The notes under the pieces were generated by a model. The model saw only the letters and a list, made by a program, of their open reading frames with translations. It was not told the origin of the DNA and did not search any database. 64,000 nt of DNA, taken from Monocercomonoides exilis PA203 (lineage: Eukaryota; Protista; Preaxostyla). Within the stretch, counting starts at the first letter, position 1. The number at the start of each line of letters is the position of its first letter. The translations under genes and the position numbers were made by a program. Of this stretch, positions 1-11,494 are shown piece after piece. Where the stretch lies: positions 248,001 to 312,000 of the forward strand of contig LSRY02000040.1 of assembly GCA_001643675.2 (NCBI GenBank), in the 5' to 3' direction.

Positions 1-566
1 TGCCCCGGCCGTCTCCCTGCTGCAAAAGCCGAATCATTTCTCTTGATGATGCAAACAAAAAAAAAAATAAAAAAAAGAAAAGAAATATTAAATTATGTGT
101 CTTTTCACAAAAAAAAAAATCAAAAAAACAAATTGATGAATATTTGATTGTTATGTTGTGCATAATGCTTTTGTGAATGCATGCGCATGGACAAAGCAGC
201 GTTATCTTCAAAATGTTTTGTTTTGCTGCAAGCACTTGATATTTCGAGAAATGTCACACAAAATGACTTTTCTCAACGAGGAATAACAGAGAACAAAGGG
301 ATTTATTGGGGCATTTCTCACCCAAACAATTCACTCCACTCCAAATGTCATTTCACTTCAAAAATCAAAACAATCAAAACACAACATAATCGTTGGACAA
401 AACAATCCCTTTCAAGACATTCCATCACAGAAAACAAAAAGAAAAAAATTCTTATGAATATTCTTCTTCTTCAAAAAAAAAAAAAAGAAATTAAATCAAA
501 AATTTAAAATTGCAAGTTAAAAAATTGATTTTTTTTTTTTTTGAAAAAAATTGAAAACAATTCAAA

Positions 567-2006
567 TTAGCAAAAAGTGAGAAAATTAAAAGGTCTGAAC
601 ATCAAAGAATAATAATCTTTTCCCATTAGCTTGCAATGGCTCAATCTGAACACGCTGTCTTCAAATCCTTCTTCTTCCATCTTTTCAAATGTCTTTCTTT
701 TCAATTCTTTTCGTTTTGTTTTGGTAGTTTCTCCATCCGTCTTTTCTTTTATTCTTTTTGAAATATTCAAAAAGAAAAGCAAGCAATTCTCAATCATTTC
801 ATCTTCCCAAGTTGATTGCTTCATTTCCTCCAAATAGAAATCAATTGCCCCATTTTTTAACAAACATTCAATTTTAACATTTCTATTTATTGCTGTATTT
901 CTAAGTATATCGAAGCATCCATTGCAAATATCTTTGTGATTGTCCCTTGATGCTTGTAATACTTGAACAATGCAATTGATAAGTCCAGCAATTTCTTCGT
1001 TCCACAATTTGCACGAGGTAAAGTAAAAATCAATAACAAAGAACCATCTCTCGATAACAAGCACTTCCTTTGCTTCTTTTCCTCTTTCTTCTTTTCTCTT
1101 CCAATCCACACTCTTTGACAGATCTTCCAATGCTTTTGTTGCTTCTCTTCCAAAATGCAGCTCATTCACAATCATATCTTCCAAATTTCTATCTTTGGTA
1201 AATCTTTTTATCAAAAACTGCCAAGCAGACTGATAGGCGAGTCGTGTCAGATTCTGATGTTCCTGGTGATAATAAACAATCTCTTTGATTTCATTCAAAT
1301 GCAGTTCTCTTTTATTTTCCTATGAAAAAAAGGAGGAAAACACAATTCATCAATATCAAAATGGAAAAATGTTCTCAAACCCGATATCCGATTTTGCCCA
1401 AAGCCAGCAACGCCATTTCCACTTCCTTCTGAGCTTCTTCGGTCTCGTCTTTCTTCAATGCAACTTTCAGAAGGCAAGGAACAGCAATTGAAAGTAATTC
1501 ATATGAACACCTGTAGCTTAGCAAAGCATAACATTCACAAAGATCAAGCAGAAACTTTTCATTTTTTTCTTCTTTCTTCTTCTCATTTTCATCAATGATC
1601 ATCTCTCTCATTCTTTCGCTCAATGATGAATAATTAAAAGAATAAAATGAAATATGTTTCAGCTCTTTGCAATATCCAACATGCTTCAACAGCAAGATTG
1701 CATTTTCCATCGAAATATTCCTTTCTTTAATCATTTTATCTATTTTATTTAATTGTCCTATTGTGAAAATTGATTCAAATTCTTCTTCATCCATTTCATC
1801 AATTAATCCATTCATCTCTTCGATTTTCTGTTTTTGCTTATCTTTTCTGCGACGCTTAAGCTCATAAAACAATTCTGCAAATAGAATTCAAAATACAAAA
1901 AATCTTTAATTACCGTTTAATCCAAATAAATTCACAAACTCGAAAACTGCACTGTTTTGGTCATCATCTGTATTCTGTCTTCAGATATATCATTTGTCAA
2001 ACTCAT
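567..2006 (-). CDS. Uncharacterised helical (ARM-like?) protein of an expanded lineage-specific family, 3 exons, 437 aa
   Basis: Exons 2006-1940, 1874-1381 and 1319-567 are joined by GT-AG introns (1939-1875, 1380-1320) into an uninterrupted 1314-nt frame: MSLTNDISED...FSKLFYELK...KIGYRENKRELHLNEIKE...HQNLTRLAYQSAWQFLI. Paralogue at 5070-6520. Confidence 0.85.
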
Positions 2007-2512
2007 TCTGCATGTTGCAAAAAATATTCAAAAACAAGGCAAAGCTTGACAAATAACAAAATAAAAGATAAATACACACATGGTTGATTATCTTGAAGTC
2101 CTAAAATGATCGCAACACAGACTGTTAAATTTTTGTTTATAAAAAGAAGGGCAAAAGAAAATGTGAAGAAGTTGCAAGGATCGGATGAATTAAACCAGAA
2201 ACAAAAATCTTTTGTTTCTTTTTGATCAAACCAAAAGATATTTCAGATGAAGAAATAGATTTCGTTTTTCTTTTTTCTTTTTGCAAATTGAGTTTGTTTT
2301 TTATTGGAATGAAATTGGGTATGCTTATTACACAGAAATGGAAATATACAGATAAAAATAAGAAGTCAAAAAGCTATCAAATTTCAAAAAAGAAAATTCT
2401 TTTTCGACAATTGACAAACAATATTCAGTTGAAAATAATGATTACAAATCATTGCATTCTCAATGAATTATATTTTCTTATTTTTCAATTTTCAGTTTTC
2501 ATTCAAGATGAC

Positions 2513-4200
2513 TCATCGGATTATTGAAAGGGAAAAAAAGACAAAAAATAAAAAAGGAATTGTTGATTCAATTCCAAAATCAGTCAAACAGCAGAAGAAC
2601 ATTGAAAAATGGTTTTGAAGCGAAATGAACAAATAATGAAAATTCTTGAAGGTCATCTCCAACATCAAGGATGGCAGGACAAATAATTGGTGGAAAAGCA
2701 ACAATGAATGAAAAAGGCATTTTTCTTTTGTTTTCATCAAACGCTTTGAACATCAAATATCCAAATGACTTGGATTGAATGGAGATCAAATGAGAAATGT
2801 CGTGAAGGCAGCTGTGCAATGAGAAGCATTCAGGAAGCACAACAATTCAACAACATCTTTGGTTGTTCATCAAAAACCCAGAAAAAATGAATCAGAGAAT
2901 TCTGCTGCTCAGCCAAAAGAATGAAGAGAGCGGAAGGAAATTCAGATTCATTATACATACTTTTCTCTTCTTTGGAGCAAACCAAAAATTTGTTATTGGA
3001 CTTCAGTGGCTGATGAGAATGAATGGACAACCCTTTTTGAATCTCTCTTTAGCCCTGCCTTTTTCTCTTTTTCCACTGCAAACAGCACACTCAGTGAAAG
3101 AGGAAATACCTGTCTCTTCACTCATTTCTCATCTGACACTCTCAGGATGTTTCATCTTCTCCATTGGCTTCTCTGCAAAGAACATCTCTTGTCAAATCAT
3201 CATCCTCCTTTGTGGTTGCTGAACATGCTGAAAAGGCACGATAAACAACAACAGCTGCTTCAGTGGTGATTGAAGTAAAGTTGAGCATGTTTTGGGTGAA
3301 GCAAAAGAAAGAAATCTTTTTTGATGTGTTTCTTGATTTCTGTTTGTATTGATGGTGATCCAATGAAGGATCTCTCCTCATCATCAACTTCTTTCTTTTT
3401 CTTTTTCTCCTTTCCAGGCAATCTTCCTCATCACTTTCTCTTTCTTCTTTAACATTTCTTGAAACCAATTGGTCACTTTGTTATCAGGATTCTGTTGCCT
3501 TCCTCGCTGGATTCTTCAAAGAAGTTGGAGAAGAAGAAAAAGAAGGAGAAGAAACATTCAAAGCAATTGTTGTTGATGAAGAAGGAGAAAAGAAATATGA
3601 ATTTCATCTGTTTTGAATGAACAGTTTTGAATGAAGGAGAAGAAACAGAAGAGGATTTCCTTTGTCTTTTTTCTTTCTTCTTCAATGTTTCCTTTCAAAC
3701 AGAAGGATATAATTCCATTTAAAGATTTTGGAAAGAACAACACTGCTCCCCTAAATTTCAGAGGAAGAAGATGTTTTGATTGAAATTCTTATGCTTTGTT
3801 TGATGAAGACAGTGATGCAAAAGAAGAGGAAGCAAATGTTGATGTTGAAGCCTGTGTCTATCTGTCTGAATGAAGTGCAAATATGATATTTTTTCCGAAT
3901 AAATTCTTTCATTCAAACACTTCTTCAGTTTATTTCCCCTCTCTCCCAGCTCATTTAGCCTTTCATCTCAGAATTTCTCTCTCAATCTTTCTCTTTGTCC
4001 CATTCAAACAACCATCTCCATTCATTCAATATCTCATTCTTTTCTTTTCTTCAATTCAACCCACTTCATCACCCATCTTATCAACAACATCATCATAGTT
4101 CTATTTCGACAAAGAAGACAACACACAACTCAGATGAATTGGGATTGAGTCACTTTCAGATGATGGATGGAATGGAAGGGAAGGGCAATGAAACAAAAAT
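2513..4200 (-). pseudogene. Degraded gene of unknown function
   Basis: Chain of short minus-strand ORF fragments in shifting frames with coding-like E/K-rich composition. No recognisable domain. Confidence 0.35.
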
Positions 4201-5069
4201 TGGATGAATTTCAAATGAAGATTTCTGAGCAAAAGAGAAAGAGAATGAGAAAAAAGAATTCAATTGAGATTGACTTGTTTCAGTCAAGCAGTTTTTGAAT
4301 AAGATTTTCATTCTTTTTCTTCTTTGTCGTCAGATTTATTTCTGCTTTATTTTGCACAAAAGAAGTTGATAACAGGTTTCTTCAAAAACATTTCATTTCT
4401 TTTATATTCTTCTCCTTCGCCTTTTCTTTTTCATTAAAAATTAAATCAGAAAGAGAACAAGTTAAAGAGTTCAAAGGCTTCAAGAGGAAAAAACTGAACA
4501 ATTGAATACATTGTTATAAATATGAATCTTGTTGAAGAAGGTGGATGGCAATGATCAATTCAACGAAGATTCTTGATGGAACTTATTTAAAAGAAAAGAA
4601 TATCATATTTTTTCATTTTTCAAAAAAGGGAAATAATAACCATATTTTAATTCATTCAATTCTTGTTTTCCTCCCATTTTGTGAAAAATAAAAAAGAAAA
4701 GATAATTCAATTTAAGAGTTTCATTTTTAATTGAAAAGAATTTCTTTAAGCATTCACAAAATAATCAGACAATATATTAAGCAATCTAATGAAAATTATC
4801 AACTGAAAAAGGCTGCAATTAACTGTTTGCGGATTAAAGGAATAATCAAAAAAGAAAAAAAAAGCACAGAGAATATCAAAATGTTTGGAATCTCATTTCT
4901 TCAAAGATTAACTGAACAGTCAGAAGCAGATAACACAGATAAAAATATTTTTGTTTTTGAACAAAAAACTGTTAAAGTTATGTTGGACCACCAATCAATC
5001 AAATCAAAAATAAATAATTTAATAAATAAAAATAATTAAATATTTGAAAACAAAGTGAGTTTCATTTTC

Positions 5070-6520
5070 TCAAATATTCAAAAAATAATCTGTAATTCTC
5101 AATGATATTTTTGGATAGAATTTTTTGTTTAAAAAATCAAACATTTCATGAAAACTCTCAATGCAATCTTCGTATCCTTCTTCCTCCATCTGTTCAAATA
5201 TCTTTCTTTTCAATTCTTTTCGTTTTGTTTCGAACATTTCATCATTCTCCTCCTCTTTCAGTCTTTCCGAAATTGAAAAACAGAATCTCAAACAATGATA
5301 TACCATTTCGTTATTCAATGTTGATGGGTGAATCTCCTCCAGAATAACTTCAACAGCTCTGCTCTTTAATAAGATATCTTCATACTCAACTCCGTTTCTT
5401 GCTGCAATTATTAATGCACCAACACTTTCATTGCGTATGATTTGGCATCTACCCCTTGCTGCTTGAAACACCTGAACAAGGCTGGCTATCAGTCCAGCAA
5501 GTTCTTCGTTCCACAATTCGCACGAGGTTAAGTAATTATCAATATTACAGAGCCATCTCCTGATAATATGCACTTCTATTCTTCCATTTTCTTCTTCTTT
5601 TCTATTCCAACCCACACTCTTTGACAGATCTTCCAGCTCTCTTGCTGCCTCTTTCGAAAAATGTAGTTCATTTGTAATTACTTCCTCAAGACTTTCATCT
5701 TGGAGTAATTGATGAATCAAAAACTGCCAAGCAGACTGATAGGCAAGTCGTGTCAGATTCTGATGTTCCTGATGATATTCGATGATTTCTTTGATTTCAT
5801 GCAGATATGGTTCTTTATCAATGCTCTGTTCAAAAAATTAAAAAAAAGCACAAATATCAAAAATAATGTTTGTTGATCTCATACATAATATCCTGGAATG
5901 TGACTTAATGCAAACAAAGGCATTTCCACTTCCTTTTGAGTCTCCTCGTTTTCCTCTTTCTTCAATGCAACTTTCAGAAGGCGAGTCACAACAATTGAAA
6001 GCAATTTTTTTGGAATGCTTCCTTCAATCAGCAAAGCAAAACATTCACAAAGATCAGTCAGAAACTGTTCATTCTTTTCTTCTTTTTTCTTCTCATTTTC
6101 ATCAATTATCTTTTCCTCAAATCTATCCCTCAACGAACATGTATCAAAACAAAATAAGAAAAAGAATTTTAATGCACTGAAATATCCAATGTGCATCAGT
6201 AATAAAATTGCGTTTCCCCATGATAATGCCTTTTCTTCAATCATTTTATCTATTTTATTTAATTGTTCAATTGTGAAAACAGATTTGAATCCTTTTTCAT
6301 CCATTTCATCAACTAATCCATTCATTTCCTCAATTTTCTGTTTCTGTTCATCTTCTCTGCGATGCTCCAGTTCACAAAACAATTCTGCAAATAGAATTCA
6401 AAAAACAAAAAATCTTAAAGAATTTAAACGATGCAATATTTGCGTACCATTGAAGTTATTTGTGATGCACACATCCTGTATTTTTCGCTCATGTCGTTCA
6501 AAAGACTTCACATTTTTCAT
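5070..6520 (-). CDS. Paralogue of the 567-2006 gene, 3 exons, 442 aa
   Basis: Exons 6520-6448, 6384-5885 and 5825-5070, with the same intron positions and phases as 567-2006. Shared motifs QKQKIEEMNGL, EKKKEEKNE, NLTRLAYQSAWQFLI and MEEEG(F/Y)ED. Confidence 0.85.
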
Positions 6521-7198
6521 CTTTCCACATGAAAAAAGAAAACAAAGCCAAGAAAAATTGATGTAAAATTGAAAAACGAAATAATCAATAAAAAGGTTAT
6601 CAGTGCTCACGCTGTTCTTTTTGAATGATTGCAATGCACAAAAAATTTCAAAAAAAATCTTGAACCTTTTCTAATTGCTATAACGGATGCTTTGATCATA
6701 AACAAATTTTCACACACTTTTTTTCTTATTGAACGATTTGACATCATTTAATGCAGTTCGTTACCTCAAAGTTAATCATCTGAAGAGAACAAAGACAATT
6801 TCAAATTCGCTTTTGAATGAAAAATCGAAATGATTTGTTGATTGAACTTTGGATCATAATCTTTCGAGAAAGATGAAGCAATCAAAGAACTTTTCAACAA
6901 TTTTAAATCTTCATCTTCCAAGCATTTCTTATGTTTAAAACAAGAATTCCTTAAAGTTAATGTATTTCACCTTCATTGTTAATGTTTGATTGATATTTTG
7001 AGAAAATATTTCTGATGAAGTTATTTCACTCATAAAGAATGAAAACACATTTAGAAAAATAAAATTTCACAGACGTCAAAAATTAAAGATAAAGAAAAAT
7101 AATTGCAGTCAGTTAGCAAAATATATTTAATTTAAGATAATTTTTTTGTATTTAAAAGTACAAATGAAATTTCAAATTTTAAAAGAAAATAAAAATTA

Positions 7199-7270
7199 CG
7201 TCCACTCCGGGAATTGAACCCGGGCCATGAGAGTGACAGTCTCATATTCTACCGACTATACTAAGCGGAC
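7199..7270 (-). tRNA. trnD-GUC: tRNA-Asp (anticodon GUC)
   Basis: GTCCGCTTAGTATAGTCGGTAGAATATGAGACTGTCACTCTCATGGCCCGGGTTCAATTCCCGGAGTGGACG. Acceptor stem GTCCGCT/AGTGGAC, anticodon arm TGAGA-CTGTCAC-TCTCA, T-arm CCGGG-TTCAATT-CCCGG, discriminator G, T-runs downstream. Confidence 0.95.
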
Positions 7271-7279
7271 TTGCATATA

Positions 7280-8926
7280 GTCGGGGAGGAAACCCGGGCC
7301 AGGGAGGAAACTCGGGCCTCACCCATAGTTTGATATTTGTGATCTCTAATGAAAAAAACAATTAATTCTGCATCAAGACTTTGCGCAACTGCTGAAATTC
7401 GTGAGTTAAAAGATGCACACTTGAAGGCAATTTACTTACACAACATCCTGAACATTCCAACGAGAGAAATTGCCCGAAGCCAGGTACTTTCTCGCTCTTC
7501 AGTGCAAAGAGCTCTCGCCGCAGAAAAAAAAAGGAATACACCTGGAAAATCTGGAAGACCAACTCTATTTGACAATTCGGACGAACAGTATTTAACAACA
7601 GTGATAATTCATGATGCAGAGCATGGAACGTTTCATTCAAAAATGGAAATTACACAAATGGTTTGTATTTCGCTAATTATTATTTGTTTTATTTTTTTTT
7701 ATAATTCAGGCTAATGATTTGCTAAAAACAAAGAGAAAAGAAGGAGATGAAGTCAAAACGGTTGACAAACATTGGGTGAAGCGATTTTTGAAAAGGCATA
7801 TTGAAATTAGTCTTGCGAAACCAATTGCTTTGCCTTTAGGGAGAGCAGCCCACACTTCGAAATATTCAATCGTCCCCTTCTTTGACGAAGTGAAGAAATT
7901 GTTTGAAAGTGTCAATCCAATTCCACAGCTATTGTTAAACTTAGATGAAACTTCCACTTTTTCATCCAAACAACAACCTGAACTTGTTGCTTCTTCATCC
8001 TCAACGCCTTCTGCAGTTGTTCCTGAAGTTCACTTGCCAACTTCGACTTCAATAATCTTCATGACAAGTGCAGACGGGTGTCGATATTTGACACCCATAT
8101 TAATTCCATTTTCAACGCTTCCAGAAGAATACAAGCTAGGAACAACTTCGCACGAAGTGTTCATTCCTTCTTTATCTGATCATGTGACATCAGCAATTTT
8201 TTTGGACATGTTCAAAAAGTGCGTAATCACAGAAATTAGAAACAAAAGAATTGTAGTGGGAAAGAGAGAAAAGCATGCCGTCCTCATTATGGACGGTGGA
8301 GTGGGACATTTTCAGCCAGAAATTCTTCAATTATGCAAGGATAATTTAATTGATCTTGTAAAACTTCCATCACATACTTCACACATTTTGCAGCCTAATG
8401 ATCAATACATCTTCGCAAGTATGAAAAGGGTGATCGGAAAAGCCAAAAAAAGCGGAACAACAACCTCAGCATCATCAAAGAGAGAAATATTTATTGAAAT
8501 CCTAAGAAATGGACTTGCAGCCGCTTCGTATCCAGAAACTATAAAATCTTCTTGGAAAAGCACAGGGTTATGGCCATTTAACCCAGAGAAGATTTTATCA
8601 AATCTTCCTGATAATCCTCCAGAATGGGCATTACCTGGCGTTGAACCCAAATCTGCACCAATGGGATCTTCATTTGGAGCTGTTTATTATTCTTCTGATG
8701 ATTTATCTGATTTGTTCTGAAGACATTTTATTTTTTATTCCATATCATTGCAGCTTTTTTGGAATGCACAGCTTTTTCATTATAGTTAAATATCTTTATC
8801 TTTACTGTTTTTCTTTGTTTCAGTTCATGAAATGAAATACAAACACAAAAAAAGGAAAAATAAAAAAATTCCCATTTTAATATCTATGGCCCGGGTTTCC
8901 TCCCCGGCCCGGGTTTAGTCCCCCAC
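7280..8926 (+). mobile_element. pogo-like (IS630-Tc1-mariner superfamily) DNA transposon E1, apparently intact and autonomous
   Basis: ~40-bp TIRs (GTCGGGGAGGAAACCCGGGCCAGGGAGGAAACTCGGGCC / GGCCCGGGTTTCCTCCCCGGCCCGGGTTTAGTCCCCCAC), TA on both flanks, enclosing an intact transposase. Confidence 0.93.
7349..8720 (+). CDS. DDE_1 (pogo/CENP-B-like) transposase, DD35D, 440 aa, one 49-nt intron
   Basis: Exon 1 7349-7660, intron 7661-7709 (GT..AG), exon 2 7710-8720 in frame. HTH region (GRPTLF; WVKRFLKRH); catalytic motifs LNLDET, MDGGVGH and LPSHTSHILQPND with 35 residues between D2 and D3; STGLWPFNP. Confidence 0.92.
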
Positions 8927-8930
8927 TATA

Positions 8931-10585
8931 GTTGAGGAGTTAACCCGCTCAGGGGAGTTAACCCGCTCAGATGATCAAAAATCAACCCATTCTTTGTTTG
9001 GGAAAAAATGTCAAAGATTGAGAAAGAGATCCACAGAATTGCAGCATCCAGCGAAGCAAGGCTACTGGAAACTCCTCACGAGAAAGGTCTTCACTTGCAT
9101 CTTGTTTGCGGATTCAAAAAGGCTGAAATTGAACAAGCAAATATTGTTTCCAGACATTTTCTAAAAAGAGCAGAAAAAGCTCAGAAGGAGAATCGCGTTG
9201 TTGGAAAACCCGGGAGACCTTTTCTTTTTTCAAAAACAGACGAACAAAGGTCAATTGTCAGATTGGAAGTCGATGCAGATAAAGGAATTTTCCATTCAAT
9301 GAGAGATATAGCGGAAATGGTTTGTAAGCATTCGAATTATTGTATTTTTAATTTTTTATTATTTGCAGGCAAATGAAATTAGAAGAGGAAAAAGTACTGA
9401 TGAAGAAGAAGTCAAATCTGTAGACTAACACTGGCCAAAGAGATTTATTGAAAGATATCCAAAACTTGCTTTGAAAAAAGCAACAAAGTTACCAATAGGC
9501 CGTGCTGCACATAATTCGAAGCAAACTATAGGTCCCTTTTTTGATAAAATTGCAAAGTTCTTTTCCGAAGTGAAAATTGCACCTCAATTGTTGTTCAATT
9601 TGGATGAAACATCAACTGTATTTTCAAAATCTTCAGAAGATGTCGTGGTTCCGTCTTCTTCTTCAGTTCAGCCAATCATTCCAGAGCCTTCATTGCCAAA
9701 TTCAACATGTATAGTTTTTCTCACAAGCGCAGATGGAGTGAGATATTTAACTCCAATTCTTATTCCATATTCGACAATTCCAAAAGAATATGTTGAAGCT
9801 ACAACAGAAAATGAGGTGTTCATACAATGTTCAACTGGACACATGACAACTGCATGCTTTCTGGATGTATTTCAAAAAGCAATCCTTCCGAGCATAAACA
9901 AAAAGCGAATTGCCATAGGACTACAACGCAATCACGCGGCTTTGGTGATGGATGGAGGAACAGGGCATTTTTCCACAGAGATCGTTAAATTATGCAAAGA
10001 TAATTTAATCGATCTTATCCAACTCCCCTCGCACACCTCTCACTTGCTACAACCCAATGATCAGTACATTTTTGCCAACATGAAAAAATGTTTCAAAAAG
10101 TCAACTGAATGTGGGAAAACAAACACGGCTAGCGAAAGAAGAAAAGAATTTATTTCTGTTTTAAAGGAAGCAATTGCAATGGCTTCGTTTCCATCTACAA
10201 TAAAAGCCAGCTGGAGAGTGACAGGCCTTCATCCATTAAATCCAGATGCTGTTCTTGCTCAACTGCCAGAGAAGCCTCCAGAATGGGCAGAAATTGCTTC
10301 ATCATCGAACAGGGCACCGGAAGGAGCAATGTCTGGGAAAATTTTGCTCAGTTCTGATGATTTGTCTGATATTGGAATATGATAGAGTTTTTCTTTTTTT
10401 TTATCCTCTGTTTATAATTTTTCAACCTTTTTTAGATTTTTTCCACAAATATTCTGCTATAATGTTACAACTAACGATTTTAGTTTGTTTTCGAAGAGAA
10501 AAATGAAAACTGCTGAAGGAAAAATGTTTTAACTTCTGTGATCATCTGAGCGGGTTAACTCCCCTGAGCGGGTTAACTCCTCGAC
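8931..10585 (+). mobile_element. pogo-like DNA transposon E2 (different subfamily), directly abutting E1
   Basis: ~47-bp near-perfect TIRs GT(T/C)GAGGAGTTAACCCGCTCAGGGGAGTTAACCCGCTCAGATGATCA; TA on both flanks. Confidence 0.93.
9008..10382 (+). pseudogene. DD35D pogo-like transposase with a single premature stop
   Basis: Exon 1 9008-9319, 49-nt intron 9320-9368, then exon 2. In-frame TAA at 9426-9428 (VD*HW, versus VDKHW in E1 and E4). FNLDET, MDGGTGH and LQPND are intact. Confidence 0.88.
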
Positions 10586-11494
10586 TACAAGACAGACGTT
10601 AAAATAATTGAACGGGTCAATTCGAATTGATTAAGTCAAAACTTTTTTTTGTTTATTGAAACGGTATTGACTCTGTCAATTCTGTTATATATATATTTTT
10701 GATCACTGTTTTTCTTTTTTTATTATGGAAACATTTTGATCCGATTTTTTAACATGTTTCATGAAACTTAATGTTTAGAACAAATTGAATGAAAAACGTA
10801 ACTGTGTGTGTTTTGTTATTAATTATTTTTTTGATTGTGCATGGTTTTTTTTTTCGATCAAACAATATTATTATGATCCTAATAGTTGGGGAAAAAACCA
10901 ACTTCAGGGAAAAAACCTGTGCACAAGGGTTTAAACAATATTTTTTGGAAAATATATATTTGAAATTTGGTTTATATGTGAAAAAGAAATGTGTATTGAG
11001 GTGATTTTTATTGTTTTCAAAAAAATATTTTCAATAATTGCGAAATTGATCAGTTGTTTAGGCACCTTTTGATAACACATTTTTGAGTATATTTAAAATT
11101 GTATATTCGCAATGCTTTTTAATAATTTTTAAAATCAAAGTGTATTCTCAAGTTTTAAAAAGAAAAATATTTAATGTTCGATTTTTTTTTGAAGTGAAAA
11201 AAAGAGAATATTTTTGTGAAATGTGTGATTAATATTGTCGCAGTCCCTTGAAAACTTAGCAATTGTTACCAACGAAAATAAAAAAATAAGAAATTTTCAG
11301 GAAAAAATAAATGAATGTGAAAATTAAAAAAATCTTTATGATCCTGGATGAAAGCCACAAATAGAAGCAAAAAATGAGTTTGAAAATGTGGAAAACAACA
11401 AATACAAACAATTTTATTCAAGCGGAAACGAAAGTTTTCAGATATCCTATTAAAATGAAATTCATATCCATGAACATAATTAAATATATATTTT

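Noticed and set aside
1-35. GC-rich stretch at the window start, possibly the end of an RNA gene
   Set aside because: Too short and truncated; no recognisable tRNA, snRNA or rRNA motif.
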